Source of the DNA: Solobacterium sp.
GTDB lineage: Bacteria; Bacillota_I; Bacilli_A; Erysipelotrichales; Erysipelotrichaceae
DNA: 24,000 nucleotides
Assembly: GCA_022486705.1 (NCBI GenBank)
Contig: JAKVKC010000016.1
Span: 17,213-41,212, forward strand
Direction of reading: 5' to 3'
Under the pieces are notes generated by a model that ran no database searches, was not told the DNA's origin, and was given only the letters and a program-made list of their open reading frames with translations. Positions 1 through 7,146 of this stretch are shown here, piece after piece. The translations under genes were made by a program, and so were the position numbers. Positions within the stretch are counted from its first letter, which is position 1, and the number at the start of each line of letters is the position of its first letter.

Positions 1-1306
1 ATTCGTTGAAAAGGATCATTGAACCAGGAACTAAGCTATCGGCAATCGCATCCATGCGAGCGAGCTCTTCATCGAGCTTGCCGCTTTTCATTGCGGTATC
101 TTCTTCTCTTTTAAAGTGAGTGAAGATCTTTTCTCGGATTGGACAGGCAAACTGTTCTGCGGCAACAGGCATGCCGCACTGTGCCATAAGCTGTGCCTGG
201 CCGATACTTCGCAGGAAGGTCGACTTTCCGCCTTGGTTTGCACCGGTTATCAGGAAAAGGATTTTATGATCGGATGAGAGATCATTTCCAATGACAGAAG
301 TATTCTGATTCAAGGCAAGACTGATATCATACAGCGATCGGCAGTTTCTTTCTTCACTGCTGGTGGGATACAGCTCAGGTATACAGAAAGGTGCATGGAT
401 CTGATCCAGCCTGTCAGCCAAATTGATGCATCCGGCATAGAAGGAAAGCTCCAGCCGAAGTTTTGCAAAGAAGTCCTGAAGATTCTCGGCTGCCTGTGCC
501 ATTGCATTCGCTGCATTATTTACGGCTCGTCCTTTTCGGCATCCTAGATCTTTTGCGGCCTCATCATCTCTGTCGGCAATCGTAAAGGCAGGAGAAAACT
601 GCCAATGACGCCAAAAGTGACTGTCTTCTTTTTTACGCAGTACGTAATCGACGCCCTGCAGATAGGAGCCAAAGGATGCACTGATCATGGTCCCGCTTTG
701 GTCTGTGAGGCTTTGCAGGACAGATTTTACCTGCGCAAAGTATTGATCGCTCAATTCACTTTTCAGCTGCGCAAATAGATGCTGAAAGCCTTCTGAAGAG
801 AATTGGCCGCTGGCTGCATCGGCAGTACGGCGCAGTTTCATCAGCATTTCTGTATAGAGCTTCAGCAGATTGATCCCGCTGGCATAAGTACTGTCAATAT
901 AAGATGATCCCAGCCAGTACATCGAACCTGCTCTTTGTTTTTCAGTATCAATTGTAGTTTGATAGAGCTGGCGTATTGTGCTGCGGTTATGGAGGGCATC
1001 GCGGAGGCAGTCAAGCCGAAAGGAAATATCTTCTTTGTTCTGCAGCGGAGCAAAGAGCGCGGCAGAGCAGGCGGTCAGAATGATCTTATCCCCGTTTGCC
1101 ATCTGTTCTAAAAGACGAAAGAGCCCAAGATCTGCGGCAAGTTCTTGATATGATTGGCAGAGCTTCTGGGCTGGATCAGCAGTTTCTTTCTGCAGCTGTT
1201 CTTCTAATCTGCGCAGCTGAAAATCTGATATCAGAACGGATGACTGCAGCAATGCTTTGATATCGGGAAGGAAATCCTTCTGACGGAACATTAAATGTAC
1301 ATTCAT
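1..1306 (-). CDS. MutS-family domain-V (ABC-type) ATPase, paralog B; partial, 3' end lies beyond the window
   Basis: Absent from the ORF track because it has no in-window stop. Hand translation of the minus strand from ATG at 1306-1304 (SD AGGAG at 1315-1319) stays open down to base 2: MNVHLMFRQKDFLPDIKALL...DHKILFLITGANQGGKSTFLRSIGQAQLMAQCGMPVAAEQF...HFKREEDTAMKSGKLDEELARMDAIADSLVPGSMILFNE. Walker A is GANQGGKST. Architecture matches the upstream paralog. ATGA start/stop overlap at 1303-1306. Confidence 0.8.
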   Translation of the reverse strand, partial: MNVHLMFRQKDFLPDIKALLQSSVLISDFQLRRLEEQLQKETADPAQKLCQSYQELAADLGLFRLLEQMANGDKIILTACSAALFAPLQNKEDISFRLDCLRDALHNRSTIRQLYQTTIDTEKQRAGSMYWLGSSYIDSTYASGINLLKLYTEMLMKLRRTADAASGQFSSEGFQHLFAQLKSELSDQYFAQVKSVLQSLTDQSGTMISASFGSYLQGVDYVLRKKEDSHFWRHWQFSPAFTIADRDDEAAKDLGCRKGRAVNNAANAMAQAAENLQDFFAKLRLELSFYAGCINLADRLDQIHAPFCIPELYPTSSEERNCRSLYDISLALNQNTSVIGNDLSSDHKILFLITGANQGGKSTFLRSIGQAQLMAQCGMPVAAEQFACPIREKIFTHFKREEDTAMKSGKLDEELARMDAIADSLVPGSMILFNE

Positions 1307-2847
1307 TTTTCCAATCTCCTGCTGAGCTGTTCATAAGTAAGCCCATGTTGATGGACAATATACATTGCGTAAGCCAAGCCATCCGGTGGCCTGCGGACAA
1401 TACGATAGGATCTTTCCGGCGGATCGCTGGAAAGAAGTGTGCTCATCAGGCTGACAGTTTCCGGGCCATGCAGGGCAAGCTCATCCAGAAAAGTCACGAT
1501 GGCACAGGGTGCGCCAAGCGCAGCGAAGAAGTCCACCATGCGTGTGCCTAAAGACTCAGCGTCAGTCAGCGTTGTTGAAGAAAAGATCTCATTGATGATG
1601 ATCAGGCTCCGCTTTGTTGCTTTATCTTCTATTTCATGAAGACGGATCAGATCATCCTGAAGCTTTCCATTCTGACTGGATGGCACTTCCTCTCGTTCAA
1701 AATGAGTCAGGATCTGATCAAAGAGGAACAGCGATGCTTTTTTCGCCGGAACAGGAAGACCCAGTGATGCAAGATAATGGATCTGTCCAAACATACGGGC
1801 AAAAGTGGTCTTGCCGCCTTGGTTTGGACCGGTGATCACAAAGATCCTTTCGCCAGCCTGAAAATGAAAATCATTGCTGATGGTATTTCGACCTATCTTT
1901 GCTGCCAGAGCTAAGTCATATCCTGAGACGGCATAGACTTTGTCAATCGTATCTGTAATTGCGGGACGGCAGAATGAAATGCCTGCTTCCTGCATCGGAT
2001 GAATGAAACTGATCCATGATGCATAGAATTGAAATTCACGTGAAAACTGTGTCAGAGTTTTATCACAGAAACAGCAGAATCGGTCATAGAACAGATCCAA
2101 TTTTTGAAATGGTTCGCGAAAGATCTTGCTCAGCATTCCCAGCACAGCTGTCTCCACATGTTCTGCTCTTGGATCTTCACTGAAGTGATGCCGGTAATCC
2201 TGATTGGATCCCTGGTCAAACTTTTTAAAAAGATCCAGCACCTGAGAAGAAAGATCAGGCTGTCCTTCATATTTTCGGACTCTGATTGTGCCGCCCTTCA
2301 GCAGCATGCAGTACTGCAGACCGCTGAACTCCTTGCGAAGAGAGACCGATGTCTGTTTTAAATCGGTAAATGCGGCCGAAGAAGAGTAGCTTTTCAGATA
2401 TGCTTTGAAAGCCAGCATTCCTGCTGACTGCAGTGCACTGTGCGCCAGAGCATCTTCCAATGTCAGAACAGAAGTGCAGTATTGTTCAGCACAGTGAAGC
2501 ATTTTTCCACGCAGCAGATAATCATTCTCTTTCGTTTTCTGCGCAGAGATCTCCTGACGAATCGAATCCATGCGCTGATCAAGCTGATATACCGTATGGG
2601 AGAATTCAGTCAGGACCTGATACAGACTGCTGCTGTTCAGCTCTTCAAAAATAGCCTGCCGGTATGATATGAGGAATCTGTCCTGCAGAGGGACATAGAA
2701 GAAATCCTCCAATTGATACTCTTTGCCTGACTTCAGGATGGGATCGATGATCTGATCAAGATTCAGATCATGAAAGCATGCAGGCTGCAAAGCATGGCGT
2801 GATCTTTCTTCCTGAGCACTGTCAGTGAATAATATACTGAAATACAT
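1303..2847 (-). CDS. MutS-family domain-V (ABC-type) ATPase, paralog A (no mismatch-binding or Smr domain)
   Basis: 514-aa ORF with SD AAAGGAG upstream of ATG 2847. C-terminal half carries MutS domain V motifs: Walker A ITGPNQGGKTTFARMFGQ, SSQNGKLQDDLIRL (signature-like position), Walker-B-like SLIIINEIFSSTT, and tail SYRIVRRPPDGLAYAMYIV (compare MutS SYGIxVA). N-terminal half is helical with no recognisable domain I. Short compared with canonical MutS, which carries additional N-terminal domains. Confidence 0.8.
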   Translation of the reverse strand: MYFSILFTDSAQEERSRHALQPACFHDLNLDQIIDPILKSGKEYQLEDFFYVPLQDRFLISYRQAIFEELNSSSLYQVLTEFSHTVYQLDQRMDSIRQEISAQKTKENDYLLRGKMLHCAEQYCTSVLTLEDALAHSALQSAGMLAFKAYLKSYSSSAAFTDLKQTSVSLRKEFSGLQYCMLLKGGTIRVRKYEGQPDLSSQVLDLFKKFDQGSNQDYRHHFSEDPRAEHVETAVLGMLSKIFREPFQKLDLFYDRFCCFCDKTLTQFSREFQFYASWISFIHPMQEAGISFCRPAITDTIDKVYAVSGYDLALAAKIGRNTISNDFHFQAGERIFVITGPNQGGKTTFARMFGQIHYLASLGLPVPAKKASLFLFDQILTHFEREEVPSSQNGKLQDDLIRLHEIEDKATKRSLIIINEIFSSTTLTDAESLGTRMVDFFAALGAPCAIVTFLDELALHGPETVSLMSTLLSSDPPERSYRIVRRPPDGLAYAMYIVHQHGLTYEQLSRRLEK

Positions 2848-2904
2848 AGTCTGCTCCTTTCTCTGTATTCATGTTCCTTCTAAGAGAACGATACTGTCAT
2901 AAGG

Positions 2905-3525
2905 TCAATGTTTTGATGCATGTTTTGCCAAAGCACAGAGCGATGCCGATAGATCTTCATTGCGCACCAGAACGTGCGGCGGTACTTTCAGATTTGCTGA
3001 AGTGAAATTCCAAATGGCAATGATGCCGCAGGAGACCAGTGCATCGCAGACCGTCTGGGCGTGCCCTCCGGGTACAGTAATGATGCCAATCTCTGCATGC
3101 AGGGTGCGGCAGATATTACCAAGCTGATCGACAGGATAGACTGGCTTTCCGCATACACCTCTTCGAATGATCTTTGCATTGATATCAAAGCCTGCCATGA
3201 TGTCCAGACCATAGACCGAGAATCCCGCATAGCTCATCAAGGCTGAACCAAGTTTTCCAGCTCCTACAAGAATGACACCAGCTGTACTGCGCAGGGATAG
3301 ATACCTTCCTGCTGCATTCAGCAGTGCATCACGATCTTCATTCTCTATGTTTTCTTTCTGAAGCAGATCTTTCAGATCCTGCCTCACTGTGGGTAGCGGC
3401 AGCGAGAGCGCCTGTGCCATATCTTTTGGTGAGATGGAGAGAATATCCCAGGGCAGATCTTTCAGATAATGGAGATATAGATTCAGCCGGTGAATGGTGC
3501 CGACACTCAGCGGTTCATGATTCAT
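2905..3525 (-). CDS. rex: Rex-family redox-sensing transcriptional repressor, divergent in the DNA-binding region
   Basis: 206 aa. N-terminal winged-helix-like segment: IHRLNLYLHYLKDL...ISPKDMAQALSLPLPTVRQDL. Rossmann/CoA-binding-type domain with VILVGAGKLGSAL (GxGxxG), then IGIITVP and AIWNF, typical of Rex. SD AAAGGAGAA before ATG 3525. Confidence 0.7.
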   Translation of the reverse strand: MNHEPLSVGTIHRLNLYLHYLKDLPWDILSISPKDMAQALSLPLPTVRQDLKDLLQKENIENEDRDALLNAAGRYLSLRSTAGVILVGAGKLGSALMSYAGFSVYGLDIMAGFDINAKIIRRGVCGKPVYPVDQLGNICRTLHAEIGIITVPGGHAQTVCDALVSCGIIAIWNFTSANLKVPPHVLVRNEDLSASLCALAKHASKH

Positions 3526-3549
3526 GTGTTTCTCCTTTCTGCTGTATAT

Positions 3550-3590
3550 AAAAAAGCTGACAGCATCTGCATTGTGCAGAAGTCATCAGC
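3550..3590 (-). terminator. Intrinsic-terminator-like hairpin plus U-tract between aspA and the rex-like gene
   Basis: Minus-strand RNA: GCUGA-UGACU-UCUGCA-CAA-UGCAGA-UGCUG-UCAGC-UUUUUUAUAUA. Inner 6-bp stem is 3566-3571/3575-3580; outer 5-bp stem is 3556-3560/3586-3590, with an internal loop. U-tract is the complement of A3550-3555. It ends about 25 nt before the rex ATG. Confidence 0.5.
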
Positions 3591-3640
3591 TGATCAGCAG
3601 TTTCGGCATGGCCGTGGGAGAACTTCTTTCCCGTGCCCAA

Positions 3641-3669
3641 ATTATATTACAAGTGATTTTTCATAGCAA
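3641..3669 (-). promoter_or_regulatory. Sigma-A-type promoter candidate TTGCTA-17 nt-TATAAT directed toward the rex-like gene
   Basis: Minus strand: -35 TTGCTA (3669->3664), 17-nt spacer, -10 TATAAT (3646->3641). It starts 9 nt after the aspA stop codon and lies upstream of the terminator-like hairpin. Confidence 0.5.
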
Positions 3670-3677
3670 CGGATATT

Positions 3678-5018
3678 TCAGCTGTGGATCCTCTCACTGA
3701 TCTTTGCAATCAGCTGATCTAGGATCTCTTTCGCATTCTCTGGTGTGTTTTCTTTGATAATATGGCTGACCCGGTCATATCCCAGACGTCCGATATAAGC
3801 AGTGCCAAAAGCACTGGAGCTCATCAATAAGCGATGGCATTTTTCAGCATTCGGTGTCAGTGTCTCGATGCATTTGACATTGAACAGATGCACGCCTGCA
3901 TTCAGCAGATCCAAGCTTTCCAGCAGACTGTCTGCGATCAATGGAAAGAAAGCATTCAGTTCAAACTCACCGCGGGAAGAAGCCATTGTGATTGCTTCAT
4001 CATTGGCAATGACGCGCATTGCGACTTCCATGATCATTTCCGGTATGACTGGGTTGATCTTGCCTGGCATAATAGAAGAACCTTGCTGCAGAGCCTGCAG
4101 ATGGATCTCATTCAGACCGCCATTTGGACCGCTGGACATCAGCCGGATATCACCGGCGATCTTCAGTAAATTGACAGCCAAGGCTTTTAGCAGCCCAGAC
4201 ACTTCTACGAAGACATCATTATTCTGCGTCGGATCCATCAGATCTTCTGGTTCTTCTAAATGCAGCCCCGTAATCTCATTCAGTTTCTGTACAGCCAATA
4301 CACGGTATTCTTTCGTAGAGTTGTTGCCAAGGCCAACCGCTGTGCCGCCAAGATTGATCTTGCTTAAACGATCTTCACTGACTTTCATACGGCCATGGTC
4401 GCGATGGATGGCATCGGCATACGCATTGAATTCATTCCCTAATGTAATAGGTACGGCATCCATCAGCTCTGTTCTGCCAAGTTTGCGGATCTCAGCAAAT
4501 TCATCTGCTCTTTTTCTAAGAGATGTTTCCAGCAGATCGCATTCATTGCTTAAGTGCCTTAGTCTGATGATGGCAGAAATGCGCAGTGCTGTAGGACAGT
4601 CATCATTGGTCGACTGCCCGCGGTTGACATCATCCAAAGGATGAATGATGGCATACTCTCCTGGCTTATGACCAAGCTTTTTTAAAGCAGCGTTGGCAAC
4701 AACTTCATTGACATTCATGTTGGTCGATGTGCCAGCACCGCCCTGGAATGCGCTTAAGAAGAAAGAACTGTCATATTTTCCTGCCGTGACATCATCACAG
4801 GCGCTGGCGACTGCCTCATAGATTCCTTTCTCGCGGACACCTAACTGTTCATAGGCAAGGGCAGCAGCCTTTTTGACAATGGCCAAGGAATGGATCAATT
4901 GCAGATCTGTGATCTTTCCAGGCAGTTTGAAATTGGAAGCTGCTCTTAAGGTATTGATGCCAAAAAGGTCATCATCCTGCAGTTCCATGGAACCAAGTGA
5001 ATCCTGTTCAATACGCAT
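3678..5018 (-). CDS. aspA: Aspartate ammonia-lyase (aspartase), class II fumarase/aspartase superfamily
   Basis: 446 aa. N-terminus MRIEQDSLGSMELQDDDLFGINTLRAASNF. Signature loop GSSIMPGKINPVIPE; NPVxPE is aspartase-like, whereas fumarase has NPTQCE. SD GGAGGG before ATG 5018. Confidence 0.85.
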   Translation of the reverse strand: MRIEQDSLGSMELQDDDLFGINTLRAASNFKLPGKITDLQLIHSLAIVKKAAALAYEQLGVREKGIYEAVASACDDVTAGKYDSSFFLSAFQGGAGTSTNMNVNEVVANAALKKLGHKPGEYAIIHPLDDVNRGQSTNDDCPTALRISAIIRLRHLSNECDLLETSLRKRADEFAEIRKLGRTELMDAVPITLGNEFNAYADAIHRDHGRMKVSEDRLSKINLGGTAVGLGNNSTKEYRVLAVQKLNEITGLHLEEPEDLMDPTQNNDVFVEVSGLLKALAVNLLKIAGDIRLMSSGPNGGLNEIHLQALQQGSSIMPGKINPVIPEMIMEVAMRVIANDEAITMASSRGEFELNAFFPLIADSLLESLDLLNAGVHLFNVKCIETLTPNAEKCHRLLMSSSAFGTAYIGRLGYDRVSHIIKENTPENAKEILDQLIAKISERIHS

Positions 5019-5101
5019 GTTTTATTTTCCCTCCGAAAATGATTTTATGCCGGCATGCACCGTATGATTTATCTTTGCATTGTTCTCAAATTTCTTACTT
5101 C

Positions 5102-5130
5102 ATTATAGGCAGAAATAAAGTAACGCTTAA
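5102..5130 (-). promoter_or_regulatory. Candidate aspA promoter (-10 TATAAT, weak -35 TTAAGC) overlapping a degenerate cre-like core
   Basis: Minus strand: TATAAT (5107->5102), 17-nt spacer, TTAAGC (5130->5125). The TAAGCGTTA core (5121-5129) resembles the centre of a CcpA cre box, but the flanks do not match. Confidence 0.35.
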
Positions 5131-5148
5131 GAAAAATGCTAGTTTGAA

Positions 5149-7056
5149 TTAGAACATTTTACTGATAAATTCTTGATATGTTTTACTTTCAATTAAAGCA
5201 GATAGCTGATCGACATTATTTGAAAGATTTGTCATCCAGTCAAAGAATGGCTTAACAGCCTGACTTTCCATTTTTTCAACAGCCAGGAGAAAAATGATGC
5301 GAACCTCATAAGAGCCCCATTGAACTGGTTTGCGCAGAATCATGACAGAGATATTGGATTGCAGGACAGTGTGGTTGACGGGATGCGGAATAGCAAATCC
5401 GCAACTGAAAGAGGTTGGCGACATCGATTCCCGCTTCAGCAATGAACTGTAAAAATCTTTGGATACCGCAAGGGAATGATAGAGATCATCTGACAGAAAG
5501 CGCAGAATCTCTTCTCTTGAATCAAAGACCATGTCTTTATAGAAATGCTGAGGACGTATCATTTCTCTGAGGTATTCCGAGTATTCATCTTTCAATCTTT
5601 TCTGCTCGATATTATTTAATAGGGAAAAAATCTTTGCTTCATCCTCACGCGATAAAAAAATGGAAATCTGAACGGTAGGAATAGGAAGATTATGCTGCAG
5701 TGGTACAGAACAGATGATTAAATCAGGATGAAGGCGGAGAATCTTGCTTTCTTCAAAATAATCAAATGCTTCAACTACAGTCATGTATTCAGAAAAATTT
5801 AAGTTCATTCTCTGAAGGATTGAATCAGTGATTGCCTGTGTTTTCGGCATGATCAAAACAGCTCTCAGAAGCTTATCATCCTCAAGACGTTTATATGCCA
5901 TGCCTAGATGCAGAGCAATAAAACCGATTTCATCTTCAACGATTGGAATATTCAGACGTTCAGAAAGATAATTGGCACTGGTAACACCAAGTTCAAAAAT
6001 CAGAGGAAATTTACGCTTTATTTCCTGAAGATATAGATTTGCTGCATTGATATTTTTATGAGATCTTTCAACTAATGACTGCAGATGCAGAGCCAGTCCT
6101 ACTTTCAGTACTTCATCATTGCTAAAGTTTATGCCATACTGCTGATCAATATATTGAATCAGATCTGTGACTAACTCTTTGGCATTGATATCTGCAATGC
6201 CAATCAGCTGAGCATCATTATATGCAGATCCTTTTTTCCCCATCAGAAGCAGAGCAAGCTGTGCAGCTTCACTGTCAGCAACATGTGTCTGATACAGTTT
6301 GCTGATTCTTTGAAAGAATTCTATGGCTATCTTGAACTCTTCAGAATCATAGACTGCTTCGGTTGAATGTGATGACTGTACATATTTTCCATTGATAATG
6401 CGATCAACTGAAATGCCGACATGCAGGATCAAAGATGGAAAAGAAGAATCATCAACAGAATAGTTATGTGCTTCCAAAATTGTTTCCAAAATATACTTGC
6501 ACTTCAATAGATCAAAGTTAGTGTACATTGAAGCAATTTCATTGATATTCAGAAAGTTTCTATGTGTTTCATCAAGCATCATGATCTTATAAAGTTCACG
6601 GATACTTTCCTCTGGTCCCTGCAGAGAAAGCAAATCTCCGCTTCTCTGTATCTCCAGATCAGGATATGAACTGATGGCTCTGCGAATGCTCTTTAGATCA
6701 TTTTCCAGCGTATATTCAGAGATATACAGATCGTTCAGAAGACGATTTACATGAACTCTATCACGGCATACCAAAAGCTGTTTAATAATATAGCTTTTTC
6801 GTTCATTTGGTGTCTGCGGAATAGATGAATGGTTTTTTTCGCTGATAGCTGTTTGTGTCATCTGCTCCGGTTCAATACGGTATCCCTGACGGATACTTGA
6901 TTCAATCAGAGGCTGTACAGTATTGCTGTTGATTGTATTGACATCAGAACGGATAGTACGGTCTGATACATTCAGAATCTTTGAAAGTTCGCGTGCAGTG
7001 ATCCATCCGCCTTGATTTCTTAAGATACTGATTAATTGCTCCTTGCGATTATTCAT
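5149..7056 (-). CDS. PRD-domain, PTS-controlled transcriptional regulator (HTH - PRD - PRD - EIIB-like - EIIA(Mtl/Fru)-like; LicR/MtlR/ManR class)
   Basis: 635 aa. N-terminal HTH: ITARELSKILNVSDRTIRSDV. PRD-type His motifs: SLILHVGISVDR, GLALHLQSLVER, GFIALHLGMAYKR. C-terminal EIIA-2-type GFAIPHP. Divergent from a PTS operon. Confidence 0.85.
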   Translation of the reverse strand: MNNRKEQLISILRNQGGWITARELSKILNVSDRTIRSDVNTINSNTVQPLIESSIRQGYRIEPEQMTQTAISEKNHSSIPQTPNERKSYIIKQLLVCRDRVHVNRLLNDLYISEYTLENDLKSIRRAISSYPDLEIQRSGDLLSLQGPEESIRELYKIMMLDETHRNFLNINEIASMYTNFDLLKCKYILETILEAHNYSVDDSSFPSLILHVGISVDRIINGKYVQSSHSTEAVYDSEEFKIAIEFFQRISKLYQTHVADSEAAQLALLLMGKKGSAYNDAQLIGIADINAKELVTDLIQYIDQQYGINFSNDEVLKVGLALHLQSLVERSHKNINAANLYLQEIKRKFPLIFELGVTSANYLSERLNIPIVEDEIGFIALHLGMAYKRLEDDKLLRAVLIMPKTQAITDSILQRMNLNFSEYMTVVEAFDYFEESKILRLHPDLIICSVPLQHNLPIPTVQISIFLSREDEAKIFSLLNNIEQKRLKDEYSEYLREMIRPQHFYKDMVFDSREEILRFLSDDLYHSLAVSKDFYSSLLKRESMSPTSFSCGFAIPHPVNHTVLQSNISVMILRKPVQWGSYEVRIIFLLAVEKMESQAVKPFFDWMTNLSNNVDQLSALIESKTYQEFISKMF

Positions 7057-7079
7057 ATATCAGCTGTTCTCCGATTTCT

Positions 7080-7107
7080 ATTATAAAGAAGAAAATAAAG
7101 CAAGCAA
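7080..7107 (-). promoter_or_regulatory. Candidate promoter of regulator 1 (TTGCTT-16 nt-TATAAT)
   Basis: Minus strand: -10 TATAAT (7085->7080) and -35 TTGCTT (7107->7102). The same AT-rich block (TATTATAAA, 7079-7087) is the only -10-like element for the divergent plus-strand operon, which has no good -35. That is consistent with activator dependence. Confidence 0.4.
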
Positions 7108-7115
7108 CGATACAT

Positions 7116-7135
7116 ATTTCCTAGTACTAGGAAAT
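7116..7135. promoter_or_regulatory. Perfect 20-bp palindrome ATTTCCTAGTACTAGGAAAT, 11 nt upstream of the first operon ATG
   Basis: Self-complementarity checked base by base. It lies between the -10-like element and ATG 7147. As RNA it would form an 8-bp stem with a GUAC loop that includes the only SD-like AGGAAA. Confidence 0.45.
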
Positions 7136-7146
7136 AACTAACATAC

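Noticed and set aside
310-1400. Track ORFs 310-516, 862-1053 and 1176-1400 (minus strand)
   Set aside because: They are out of frame within, or overlapping, the long minus-strand MutS-like ORF (1..1306). The track omitted that ORF only because its stop lies outside the window.
1-2847. MutS-like pair as an anti-phage defence system or mobile island cargo
   Set aside because: No nuclease, methylase, integrase, repeats or other defence or mobility hallmarks are adjacent. The pair is apparently co-transcribed with a housekeeping-type Rex regulator, so I leave its function as unknown.
3572-3590. Possible Rex operator (TTGTGCAGAAGTCATCA) in the rex leader
   Set aside because: Only the left half resembles the TTGTGAA half-site, and the right half does not match TTCACAA. 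The sequence is better explained as part of the terminator stem.
3802-4644. 280-aa plus-strand ORF (and the 111-aa ORF at 3834-4169) overlapping aspA
   Set aside because: Antisense shadow ORFs inside a gene with an unambiguous aspartase signature. The translations are Ser/Arg/Leu-rich with low complexity, no RBS and no recognisable motifs.
5117-5132. CcpA cre site upstream of aspA
   Set aside because: The central TAAGCGTTA matches the cre core, but the conserved outer TG...CA positions are absent. I kept it only as a low-confidence note within the promoter feature.
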